Positions 1-31,700 of a stretch of 64,000 nt of DNA are shown here, in pieces. Within the stretch, counting starts at the first letter, position 1, and every line of letters begins with the position of its first letter. The notes under the pieces are model-generated. The model was not told where the DNA came from, did no database searches, and saw only the letters and a list, made by a program, of their open reading frames with translations. Source of the DNA: Sphaerodactylus townsendi (Eukaryota); contig NC_059428.1 of the NCBI RefSeq assembly GCF_021028975.2, positions 111,538,001-111,602,000 of the forward strand, written 5' to 3'. A program made the position numbers and the translations under genes.

Positions 1-2425
1 GCTTGTAGAAAAAAATCCCCCTTTCTGATCCTTACAAACATTTTGTGGATCTGTTGATCACATCCTTTATAGTAGTAGTTCCCCAACTTTTTTTCACTTG
101 CATACCCCTTGGCACTTCATTTTCCTACAATTGTACCCCATATTAGCAAACCCATTACAAATTTATTTTGCATATCCCTGGTGGTACATGTACCCCAGGT
201 GGGGAACCAGTTGCCAGGGGGATGCTATTTGGTTGATTGAGAGGCACTCCTGGAACCATGTATCTGCTTAAAATTACACAGTGCTACTGAAATATATGTA
301 ACCATTGCCACCTGCGCATTCTTTCCTTGATCTTTGCTTTATGGCTTCACATGCTCCGTAGGCAACTAGGCTTCACCTGGCCCTCTTGTCCCATGGGAGC
401 AATGCTGCTTTCATTATCTCATGGAGCAGGAAGCCAGGTGACTTTCTCTTACCATCTGCTTGCGACCTTGAGGTGCCTTAGCTCCCCAAGGTTGTTTTTC
501 ACAAATTCTTGGGAAAACGGAAGTGGACTTGCTTGGGGGATAAAGGGGACTGTGAAGGCCAGATTTGCCAGAACTGGCTTTAACCAGGTGGTACTTCAAT
601 GCCTGCTCAATAAACGCTACTGATCAATACTTCAGAGTCCGTTTGTTGGCTTAAGGGTCTGAGACCTAATGCCAGTGCTCTATGGCATGGTTCAGAATTC
701 AGTATGTGATGTGAAAGCTGAACCTCATTGCTGGTAAGGCTGGTTTAAAACCCTTTTAGTATCAGGAGCGATGGATGCACAGTTGCATAACTTGGACTTT
801 GGGACTAGCAAAGTGAATCATGCTAATCTATCACTGTAGTCATACACCCCGTTTCCCCCCTTCCTCCCAATAGCACAGTTGGGCCATATATCAAAGCTAA
901 GGCTTTGGATGCTCCCCAATTATGTCTTTCTACAAAGTTACACCCTAGAAATAGTGAATGAGTTTCTATGCCCACTAGATTCAGAGTCATGTCACATTCA
1001 TTTATCATTCTGCAAAAAATATACGAACTCAATCAATATAAAATATTATTTGGTAAAAATAAGCTGTGTAGTATGGCTGATGTATCCCTTGTTAGTAGGG
1101 TCCCATTCTGATATTGCTAACTCTCAAAAGAATGAAGCTACATAAGATAGATAGAAGATACAGTCCCTGGTAAGTGTGGTATTGGCATGTGAAATAACTG
1201 TGCTCCGTTTCAAATGTTCCTGGCACAACATGAAATCCTCATCACAGAAAATTCATAGCACAAGTGACATTACAAATCAGCTGTGCACTGTTGGGTAACT
1301 CTTCTTGAGAGCAAATGCAAGATCCCAATGCCCCAATTGCTATCACTTCATACAAACATGGCTCACAGAACAGAAAATCCATGTTTATATTCTATATTAG
1401 AAGTTTGTACCAAAAGGCACTTTTGTTCCGAAATGAACAAAGACAACAAGAACTTGACGATCGCTTTGCAATGCTCAACAAGAGACTCACAAAAATTAAT
1501 CTGCAATTCTTGTTGCTGATTTTGTGAAATTATACCATCTCTGTCTTTCCAGCTCCAACCTGCCATTCTTTGACTAGAATTACCAAGAGTAAGCAGTAAG
1601 ATTATGCAATGAACAAATCTTTCATGTAGTGCTATTTGCCCTTGTTGAAAGCAAGTCTCTGTAGCACCTATGAAATGAAATCTAGGGGCTGATTCTCAAA
1701 GTGATCCATAAGTAACTAGAAGCTCAGCAGATTTTAGCGGGGCATAGCTTTGAAGACAACTGTAAAGACTGCATTCCTAAAATTATGTTCAAGTTTGTAC
1801 AGTTTCAGGATTGCAGCCTCTGGCTCTCTTTCCAGGTTTCTTCTAGAAGAAGTAATGTGAGTATATGTTTATAGTAGCTGATGCTAGTCTTGGTGTGAAA
1901 ATGGGAAGTGGAAACTTAGGTTAAGTAGGTCGCACTACCTCTGGTATGGCTCCTTTCTTCTGGCAATTGGATCAACATGGCATGAGCGAGCACAGCCTTG
2001 GAGCAAGAACAGCATATAAGCATGAATCAGTCAGCTTTCACGCCTGTTTCCTGGGATAGTACACAAAAATAGCATAGCCACAGGCTTGAGCCTGCAACTA
2101 CAGATCAACTGTGAATGAAGTGTATTCAAAATTTTAAAACTAGCTTCATATTTCTCCTAATGTGCCAATTTTGTCTTTTCAACATTGCAAAAAAGCACTG
2201 AAATGCAAGAATCAGTTAATTAAGAGGAATGCTCATTTTATATACCACAAAAAAAGTCCGCACAATTTTCACCTTTGTCAATAAATAGGCACTTCAATAA
2301 ACTATACATTTACAACAGCAATCTGAATGTTAGGCATCATTTGAAAGCACGGTTCTATTACGACGAGTGGTAGATGGCAACTACTTAGAACCCTATGCCA
2401 ACATGGATTATAACAAATCCACTGA

Positions 2426-2565
2426 NNNNNNNNNNNNNNNNNNNNNNNNNNNNNNNNNNNNNNNNNNNNNNNNNNNNNNNNNNNNNNNNNNNNNNNNNNN
2501 NNNNNNNNNNNNNNNNNNNNNNNNNNNNNNNNNNNNNNNNNNNNNNNNNNNNNNNNNNNNNNNNN
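2426..2565. other. Assembly gap (140 N)
   Basis: Run of N. Confidence 1.
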
Positions 2566-3313
2566 ATGACTGAATCCTCAATGTAAGAGTAATGAATTAT
2601 ATTGGGATTAAAATTCGAGTACCGCTTCACACATTCTATTTTCTCTCCGCACTTTGGGAGAGGCAAGCTTGCTACTTTCCTAACCTTAGTGTTGCTATCT
2701 AAAAAAGAAAATTTCTGCAATGCTGGTCCATTGCTCATATGTTCTTATAACATTTTTCAAATATGTGGAATGCAAAAAGCAGGAGATCAAGCTGAAATTT
2801 GAATAACTTCCAGATCTCAAAGCCAGAAAGTACTTTTTAAAAGTACACATGCAGGCACAAATAACAAGAGCTACAGTTTGCTGTAAACATTTTACATTGG
2901 TTTCCTGGGTGATACTAGGTTTTCAAGTTTTTGTAACCTATGCATAAATTGCACTTTATTTCAAACGTAAGTGAAAAAAAAGTCAACTTTAAACCAACAT
3001 TCATGACAAAACTGTTCTACATTTATGCTTTGTGATTACTAAAATTTGGCGCTCTCAATTAAAAAAAAATAAGCCCATTTTGGAGTGAAAAATAATTGTG
3101 GCTAAGAACTTGTTTTGTTTCTCTGTGATCCTCATCCAAGATAGACAACATATTTGCTAGTTGCTTGTTTTCATAAAATTCATCTCTTATCTCTACTTGT
3201 TCCAATTCAGCCACAAAACGAACATCTGGTTTCCCCAGGATTTACTGCTGAAAAGAGCTTCACTATTTCCAAGTCTTTATTGCACCTTTGCCATTAAACC
3301 TTCCCAACGCATC

Positions 3314-21995
<18,682 letters not shown>

Positions 21996-23779
21996 CCTTA
22001 CCACGTCCACAGCATCGTAGACAGAGGGGAAGGAGAGGGCAACCAATGGGAATTGGCGCTGAGTAGACGTCTAGCCAATGGGGGCATCCCGAAAGGCGGT
22101 GGGCGGGGCTTACTGAGGCGAGACTAGCAGAAGAAGCGACAACGCACGTTAAACTGGCTCGCTTCGCAGAGGTCGTTAAGCCAATCGGTGGGATGTACCT
22201 GTTGCTAGGGGAGGAGCCAACGTCAGAACTGGGGCGTGGAAAGTGGGAGGTGCGAGTCGTGATGTTGCGGTTCCCTGCCATTTAGGAGAAGGGGAGGTGA
22301 CGGTATGAGCAAAGAGATATAAAAGAAACCGCTGCTTTACACGTCAAACTTTCGGTTCCGAGTAGACTTCTGACTGAGCGGGGAGAGTGCGCTGACGGCA
22401 ATATGAACATTGGAACACCTGAAGTTGCGGGGCTTTGAAGTAGCCTTAATGCTTCCAGTAGTTATTGTAAACCGCCTTGAACCAAGAGGAAAAATGGGAC
22501 ATCTATGCATTAATACCTAAAGAAGATAGGTATGGCTTTTAGGATGAGACGACTACTTTATTGAGCTGATGGAATGACAAAAACCTTGGGAGGTGGGAAC
22601 AGGTATTTCGTTGGCGAGAATTAAATGCCCTTTTAAGTGACGATTAAATGCGTCACAAAGCTCACTTCTTCTGCCTCCGCCAATCAGCAGGATTGACTGG
22701 TGCAATTCTAGAATGACTGTGCATGGAATCATTACAGACCACGGTGCTGCTGTGGCAGTCTATCTTGTCCATATCAGAAATAAGCATCACTACAGTCAAT
22801 GGGACTTCCGTCCAGGTAGGTGTGGGCTGAAGCCCTCATTAGCTATAGCACTTGCACCAGAAGACTTCCGTTGGTTTGTTTGCTGGGACGGACTGACTGA
22901 GCAATCAGGGCCATGTTAATCCTTGGCTGTATTAACCCAGGTCCTTTGCCCCCCCCCCCCCCCGCACTACAATTTTTCACCCCACTACAGATGACAGCCT
23001 GACCCTGGTACAGTAGGTACTAGAGCACAGTACATAGCACTATATCCATTTTGAAGGTGTCCTAAAGAATTTTACTCACAATGTTACTCACATGTGATCA
23101 AGGACACGACTAGACTATATAGCTGTATTGCTCATGGAGGTGTAATAAGGGAGTAGGCAGCATGATGTCACAACCCTGTGTTAGGTCTTGGACCTTGAAT
23201 CAATAAATGGACTCTGTCTTGTTGGTCAGTAGTGTTTATTGGAAGGCAATGAAGCACCCAACTTGGAAAAGCCAGTTCTGCCGAACCTGGCTTTTGCTAT
23301 CTCCTCTATTCAGAAACAATCCCTCCTCCCAATTTCCCAAAGAATGTGAGAAAGAGTTACAGGGAGGCTGAGGTGCCCCAAGATTGGCGACAAATTGAGA
23401 TAGAGCCACCTGGCCTGCTAGCCCCACAACGCAGCGGAAACATCCCATTTCCCATGGGACAAGGAGGTGTCAGGGTAAGCCAAGTTATCTATGAAGTGTG
23501 TGAAGTCTTAAACGAGACCAAGGAAAGAATGTCCCATTACAGCAATGGTAACATGTAGAAGGCTGGTTACTTATATCTTGCAGCAATTATATTGAGATAG
23601 GAATGCATCTCAGTCAACCAGATCCAATCACTGCCACTGCCAGCATATCTTGCAACAACTCCATGGGTTTAAGAACGCATTTAAATTACCTAGGTGCAGT
23701 CCCTCACACACTGATGCTACCATGCTATTGGCCCATTGTCTCTATCTCCCCCTTGCCCATTGATTTGAAATAAACCTCA

Positions 23780-23920
23780 GATGACTTCCGCACATGCAAA
23801 ATAATGCGTTTTCAAACCACTTTCACAACTGTTTGCAAGTGGATTTTGCCATTCCGCACAGTTTCAAAGAGCACTGAAAGCAGTTTGAAAGTGCATTATT
23901 CTGCATGTGCGGAATGAGCC
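23780..23920. mobile_element. Short palindromic MITE
   Basis: TTCCGCACATGCAAAATAATGC...GCATTATTCTGCATGTGCGGAA inverted ends. Confidence 0.65.
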
Positions 23921-24169
23921 AATGAGTGTTTTTTCAACGCTCTCAGCTGCCTCACATGCTTGCTCAGTCAACACCTGTCAGAAAGGCTGAAAACTGACAA
24001 GCCCCTGGTCCCTGCAGGGCCCCCAGGCTTCAGCCTAGTCAGTTTTATGGATAATCCTCATGCAGAGGGACTGCAGCCCAATTGTTTAGACAAGAGTGGC
24101 TCTGCCTAGAGGCCACACCGGGCCATTTCCTCTCTGGAATGAAGGCCTGAGAAAGATGACACTGAATCA

Positions 24170-24600
24170 TTTTTGCGACGGGAACCGCACGTGGCGCGCG
24201 AGCACCATGAAGGCCGCAGCCCTAGACGCGCTCCCCGGCCTCGCGCCGGAGGAGGAGGAGGAGGAGGCGGGCGGAGAGGGGGAGGGAGGCGATGGGCAGC
24301 CGCGGCCTCGGAAGTGAAGCGCCGCAGGGGGACGAGCCGTCCTCTCTCGGACGATGTCCGGCGGCCTCTTCGGAGCTGAGGCGGCCTCGGGCTTCTGCAA
24401 GCGGGTGCTGGTGACCGGCGGCGCCGGGTTCATGTAAGCGAGGGCGGGCGAGGCGAGGCGCTTGGGCGATGTCCGGAGGAGGAGGAAATGTCCTGCTTTC
24501 TGGTGGGCTGTCCTTTGCCTCCGTGCTGCGGAGGGCTCCGTCAGAGGGCCGGGGCGTCTCCTCCTTGTTCTCTCCGGCAACTCGTCTAATGTCCTTGCTG
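24170..24600 (+). promoter_or_regulatory. CpG-island promoter of TGDS
   Basis: CpG-rich; E-box CACGTG ~24188; ETS/GABP site CGGAAGTG at 24309; GC boxes. Confidence 0.75.
24354..24433 (+). CDS. TGDS: TGDS exon 1 ([26 protein letters not shown])
   Basis: ATG at 24354; AT|GTAAG donor. Confidence 0.92.
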
Positions 24601-25730
24601 GAAATCGAGGCAAAAGGAGGGGGGGGGGGGAGAGAGAGAGAGAAGTGTGTGTGGAGGAGGGTTGCCAACCTCCAGGTGGGACGTGCCAGTGTCTCGGAAT
24701 GTTACAGGGTGACAGATCAGTTCCCCTGGAGGAAGTGACTGCTTTGGAGGGTGGGTTTTTGTTTTTATTTCTGTTGCCCTGCTGAGGTCCTGCCCTCCAC
24801 GTCGAGAATTTCCAGGAATTTCGCAACCTAGAGTTGGCAACCCGTGTGTGTGTGTGTGGGTGTGTGGGGGGGGGGGGGAAGAGAATCATGTTCTTTGATT
24901 TTAAAAAAATGCTTGCACGGAATATTTCCCTTCAGTCCACACCTTTCTCTGGTTCTTGGCTATTCAGGAGACTGGTGGTGGATTCCTGCTTTAAAGGACC
25001 CATTTGGTTTTGGTTTTTAAAAACATTTTTCATAAGTTTTGAAATGCAGTTCAACAAGGAGAAAGGGTCTGACATGAATGTGGGGTATTCTTTTCATCAG
25101 GAGTCGTTCCAAAACATGATCCTACTGAAGGGAAGGAAAAAGGGTGTCCACCCCCATATTCCATAAGAAAAATTTACCCTCCCTTGCCTCAGTCTGACTC
25201 AGTAAGGATGGCACCAATGATTTCCACATCTGTGGCAGCTGAGACAGATGAAGGAGTAATAACACCAACATATGTCTTTAATTTTTGCATTTGCATTAAA
25301 AGCCCATCAAAACCCAAGTTTGACAAAAACATGCCTTTTGCTTGCTCAGCTAGTTTTTTACTTGCAGGGCAACCTTTGTAGAGAAGGGAGTTCCAGAACA
25401 CAATTCTCCACTTGTTGCGATGCAGGCCATCCAGCCATCTCTGTTGCTGCCCCTGCATGCATGAACCAGGGAGCCGACATTCAGTTTTCTACTGTCTCAG
25501 TCGCACAGAAGTCACTTTGACCTCTTGTGGGGATGCTGTGCTAGTTTGTCAGCTGAGGTCTTTCACCAGTGCTTTTATGCAGGAAGTGCGGAAAGAAAAA
25601 AACAGACAGCAAATTCAAGTGGCCATGAAGTTCCCTTATGGGAAGCCTGATGACCCCAAAGGGCAATTGTCCTGTCCAGATTAAAACTGAAAAAATAAGA
25701 GCAGCTGGAGAGCTCTATGTGTGTGTGTGC

Positions 25731-25769
<39 letters not shown>

Positions 25770-28700
25770 TGTACAGTCACACCTGGTTCTGGCCATACTG
25801 GAATTCATGCATATCCCAACACTGTAAGCGGGTATTTAGTATCTCTGTCTTATCATAAAATGTAGGAGCCTCGTGGCATAGTGGTTAAGTGCTTGCACTG
25901 CCACTCACAAGGTCAGGAGTTTGAACCCCCTGTGGGTCAGATATCCTGGCAGCTGGCTCTGGTCAAGTCAGCCATTCATCCATTCCTTGTTCTGTAAATG
26001 AGTACCTAGCTAGGGAGTAAAGAATAGCCGAGGAAAGCAATGGCAAACTACCCCACAAAAACGGCTTGCCTATGAAATCACTGCTTGCAGTGGTACCCCA
26101 GGGTTGGACACAACTAAAGGGGAAACTTTACCTTTTCATAAAAATGCTTTTGTAATGTTGAATTGGTGGACCTCAGTTAAACCTCCTAAAATTAGTTGAT
26201 GGAAATGCTGCTGAAATTGCTAATATTACCTGTGTTCAAATGTTCAAATGTGTTCAAATGTGTTCATTTTGTTTTCTCAAAACCTGCAGTGCATCTCATG
26301 TGGTAGTTTCTCTTGTGGAAGAATATCCAGACTATATGATTATTAATCTGGATAAGGTAAGACCTTTTCTTTGAGCAAATACCTATCAAATATTAATCAT
26401 AATTTTTGCTAGACTTTAGATCTTGGCTTGTCATACATTTTCTTATGCATGCTTCTTATAAATGTATTATGCTATTAAAATGATCCCCCCTGAACACTAA
26501 CAACATCTAACCAAATATGTTATTTACTTACAAACAAAGAGATATGGTTATAAATCAGTATGCATAATTACTGTGCCACTGGAATGCTAACAGTCATACT
26601 GTAATTTACAATATTACTCTAAACATAGTCACACCATTCTAATCCCATTTATTTCAATGGAGAGCTGCTTATATTTGCACTTTTAATTGCTTGACTTTCA
26701 CTTTTAGTCAACTATAGCTTATAACAATGAAGAAAGATGAGAGGAAGCAAGGGTTTACACCCTCAAAGAACTCTAGTAAGTTTGTAAGACAGGACTTGCC
26801 TCTGCAAAAGCCATGTGTTCCTGAGGTATTTGCTGAATGTGAATGTATACATGAATGTATACATGACTCCATGGGAATTTCAGAGCTACCGGAAGTCCAT
26901 AAACTACTCTCCTGCCAGAATATTGTACTTTCTTTGTTTTAGACCTGGATCAGAGGGCTTGGGATCCTTACGACATTCAATAAACAGTTGATTAGCCAAG
27001 ATAAAAATATACAAAATCTTAAAATACAATCCATAAGATTATCATGTGTGAGGAATGTGTTGTTGCATTTCCTTGTGGTAAAAAAATACAGATAATTGCA
27101 TTCTTGTTTTTACCCTCACCTGACACACTGTGTGAGTTTCTTACATTCAGTGTATACATCAGAATAACTTCATTTAAATAGTCTGGAAAGATCTTAATCC
27201 AAGATACAAATCATCACAACTGGTGACTTTGACAGTGGGCTGTTGTATTATTCTGCTTCTAAATTCTGCGATGTGCTGTAAAATAAGACCGTATGTTGCA
27301 GCTTGAACTGTATGGCCCTGATGTAGCTGTAGTTACAGACTGGTAGTCCTGGTTGACATGAATGTGTATGCAGGTGTGTATCTCCACCCAAAGTTATGTC
27401 CACGGAGCTATCCAGCCTGTTCATTGGTGCTGGAACAAGCAAGTTGCATGAGAACAATATACATGTAAATACAGCTTTGCCTTTGCATTGGCTGGGTATG
27501 TGGAAAGCCAGTTCTGCATGTGAATCTGTTGGTAGGTTGGGGCATTTGTTCTGTGGACAAGCAGACTGTTGTATTTATGTGCATTCTTTGCTTGTTTATT
27601 AAGCTGGACTACTGCGCAAGTTTGAAGAATCTTGAGACAGTTTCTGGGAAACCAAACTACAAATTCATCCAGGTAAGCTGGATTTTTTTTGTAACATAGG
27701 CCCTTTCTGCACGGGCCATGCGGACGCCCCTGCACCAGCAGGAATTCTGCCGGTGCAGGGGTGGGGGCCGTTCGCACAGAAGCGTGCAAGTGGCCCCCGC
27801 AAGAGAGCCAGCGCCAGGAGAAGGCTGACCCCACATGGAAGGCTGCGCCTCTTCCCGTCCCTCTCCCACTCACCTGGAAATGCCTTCGTTAGCCCAGCTT
27901 GTCTCGCTGCTCCGTAGACCCGCCCACACTGCCCTCTGCAGCCTCCCAGGGGTTGGAGGACAAAGGGAGGGAGGGTCTTCGGAAGGCTCCAGCAGGGCAA
28001 CGACGGCTGACGCAGGTGAGTGGAAGGCGAAGGAGAAAACAACGCAGATTCCCAGCCCGGTGCCGTTAAGCACGGCATGCCGCTGGGAATCGCGGGTGTC
28101 CAGCTTTAAAAACCTCCCTCCGGGAGGGGCGAGGTTTTGGAGGCGGCCTGACCTCCCGGCCTGGGGAGGGGAAGGAGCCAGGTCAGCCACGCTGCACTCG
28201 CGTTTTACCATGAGCTTACCGCCTGTGTTGAAAGCGAGGCTCCCATGGGAGACTGGGCGTTTTTTGCCCGATCCCTTAGAGCGCCGTTTATGGCCCGTGT
28301 GGAAAGGGCCATAGTGTAGTTTTTAGAAGTTGGTATTTTGAGAACTTGATTTTATTACATAGCGCCACAGTTTTATTCAAAATTAACAGCCATTTCCCTC
28401 AAGATTAAACATGTATATATCAAATTGCTGCAACTTAAAAACATAGAGTATAATTTTTGGCACGATTGAAAAGTAAGTATTTATCTGAAAGCTGTAATTG
28501 GCTGCTAATGTGCTTTTCCTTTGCCTATTTTTAGGGAGATGTCTGTGACCACAACTTTGTAAAAATGTTGTTTGAGACTGAAAACATTGATATAGTATTA
28601 CATTTTGCAGCACAGACCCATGTAGGTGAGTGTTGCAACTATACCTGTTCTTGGCATATGGTATAAGCAAGAAAATATTCTTGAAAAATATTATTGCCCT

Positions 28701-31700
28701 GTAATTTGATATACAATTTATAATGTTGAAGTATTCCTGTCTGATTGTTGACCATTACTCCAGAAGTACTTGGTTCATAAGGCTCTGTCCTCAAGAATGA
28801 ACACATGTTCATGTGTAGGTGAGATCCCAGTTGAGCATTCAGCCCAGGTAGCATGGATCCTATTGGTAAGTTCCAGGCCTGTGAGGAAATTTCTGCCTTT
28901 TTCCTTTTTGGCGCAAAAGTTCCCCTGTGCAAGAGCCCACTGAAAACCATTAATCTTGTGTGAGTAGAAATGGAAGTGGAAAAGGAAGCACGTTCAGAAG
29001 CAGATACTAGAGCGCATGGAACCTGTTCACGGGATATATATCTGAGTCTTTTCACTGCAGCTATGAGTTTGCTTGTACAGTTGCAGAGAAGAATGCTGAA
29101 TATACAGTACACGCTGACCGTGCTAAATGCAGACTGAAGTGTACTTTATTTAAGCTTATTAACTGTAAGCATACTTGATGTAGCACTCGACTGTGGCCCT
29201 TAAATGTATTTTTACTTATTTTAAAAATGAGTAGGCTGCTTTTTTTTTCAAATGCTCAAGGTATTTTCCCCACAGCTATCTGTGACTGCATCTGAGCATA
29301 TAAAACCACAGACTATTAATCACAGTTAAACAATAACTTTGGTATAAAAAAAGCCACCGGGACAGAAAAGTTTGGCATTCTCTCTGGATGGGAGCTAGAC
29401 TTCTTCACCCCTTCTGAAAGCTGCATCCAGAGGGTTCAACTCACTGCAGAATGTGTTATTCTAGTCACCATGGACTGTCCAAGGGTTCGGATATCCTCAG
29501 CAGAGCTTGTTAATTTGATCTTAGCAAAAAGTGGAGGTCCTTTATGCAAGTGGGTCTTTAACAACCAACCATAAGGCTATCCTCATCCTCCAAGGACTGA
29601 GCATGTAGCCCCCCTCCCAACACAAACAAGCAGGTTATATCCTTTCAACTGTGACTCTTAGCTACCTGAGAACTCAGCCTGGAGACAAGCAGCGAATGCT
29701 GGGGAGGGGGTGTACTTTACACCTGGCAGAGGCTGCTATTCCTCCAAGATAGATTCACTCTTGACAGTGGATTGTTTTGTTTTCTAAGAACTCCCAATGA
29801 GCATCGCCAAGCTCAGAAGGGACCTCTACTGAACTCCGGTCATGATTCTTAATTGCTTTCATTTTCTTAGCTGAAACCTTGTTTTCTTCTAAAAAATTTA
29901 TTCCTAAAATTTAGATCTTTCATTCTGGCACAAACTTGAATTTGGCTACGTTAACGTTTATGGAACTTGCATTCTGGTTGGGGCTGCTCACGAGGCCAAT
30001 GTGGAGAAGTTTGTATATGTTAGCACCGATGAAGTTTATGGCGGAAGTTGCGATAAGGTAAGCTTGACTTATTATATAGGGGGTGTTATGACTTCTGTGT
30101 ACTTTCAGGATTAACAGTGTTATGATGGCTAACAGTTTTATGATAACGATACACAAATTGAAGTTGGCTGCATTTTGATTTTTCCATGGCATTGCTTATA
30201 AAAAGGGATATCTTGCCTTCAGTGGGTGGGGTGTTGGGCAATTAGAAAACGCTGGAAGAACTAAGGTAATATGCAATGAAGGAATGTCCTGTTACAAATT
30301 TGGCCAGAAGCAAACTTTGTTCCCGCTAGCTTTAAAGGGAACAGAATACTCCCAGTCCTTGGGTATCATCCCAAGACTCTCCCAATTAAATAGGCCTTTT
30401 GTCTTGCTGAGTAAATAGAACAAATATTTGTCTAGCTCCTGATTGAAGGAAAAGAACTTGTTGTACTTAGAGGATATAGAAAGAAATAATTACTCAAGTA
30501 CGGAGGGCGGGGCAGAGAGAACTCTTGTATGTGCTATATAATTTAGCACTACCAGGAGATAATGAATTGGCTAGTATGGTTGTTGGTGGAAAGTGGTGTC
30601 AAGTTGCAGCCAACTTATGTGACCCTGCATGTTTTCTAGCTGAGAGAGAGAGAGGTCTGGGGGTAGTTTGCCATTGCTTGCTTCTGTGCAGCAACCCTGA
30701 ACTTCCTTGGTGGGTATTACAATGATCAGTCAGTTTACAACCAGATCCAATCAAAAGAGCAATTTCCAGTTGTTTAGTACATAGGCAAAGTAGAGTTTGC
30801 ATAAACTCAGGTCTAGGAAAGTATCACTGAAATATGATAAAAATATAGAGGCATGGCACAGCTAATCAACATTTGAAAGGCATGGGATATACTCAGTTAA
30901 TAGCACTTATACTGCCAAACCCTGAACTTCCTTAGTGGTCTACCATCCAAAGTACTAATCAGAACCAACCCTACTTAGCTGTGAAGTTCTGATGAGGCTG
31001 AGCTAGCTTGAGCCATCCAGGTCAGGGCAGTATAGTTGTCAGTATGTTAATGTCAACAGTCGTCATCAAATATGGTGCTCTTTCAATAGTTATATGACTG
31101 TGTCTCTCATCTCGAGTGTACCCTTATCATTTGCAGCCAAATTTTATGAAAGTTTCAAAAGTCCAGTGAAAAAGCAAAGTAAAACAGACTTCTTGTTCTA
31201 GGAATTTGATGAATCATCACCTAAATTGCCCACAAACCCTTACGCAACATCTAAGGCAGCAGCTGAATGCTTTGTTCAGTCTTATTGGGAAAGGTATCAG
31301 GTAAGAGGAAACAGGCCTTGACTTTCTGGCTACTGCTGTTATTCTGAAATGTCTGAACATATTTACCAGTATGCCTTGGTTCATTGCTAATTACAGTTAA
31401 AAGCCACTGAAAATGGTGATTCATCCATCTTATTTTGCAGTTTTTGTGCTTTCATTTTGAAATTTAAATAAAATGTTTTAATACCTTAACTTTTGAATGG
31501 GCTTGAATAAAATTGATATGACCAGATTACATGTAAGTGACACTTTTTCCTGGGTGTAAAATCCGACTGTATAGTTTCTCTTTTGTCTTGCACATTTATG
31601 AGTCCCCCCACCCCACCAGTTGAAGATTTCTAGGAGGACCTGCATGACTTGTTGATTTGCTGGGGATTTTGGAGCAGACATACTTTAGTGGGGAAATGAC

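Noticed and set aside
24167-24889. 240-aa minus-strand ORF at the TGDS promoter
   Set aside because: Low-complexity CpG-island ORF overlapping a repeat and TGDS exon 1.
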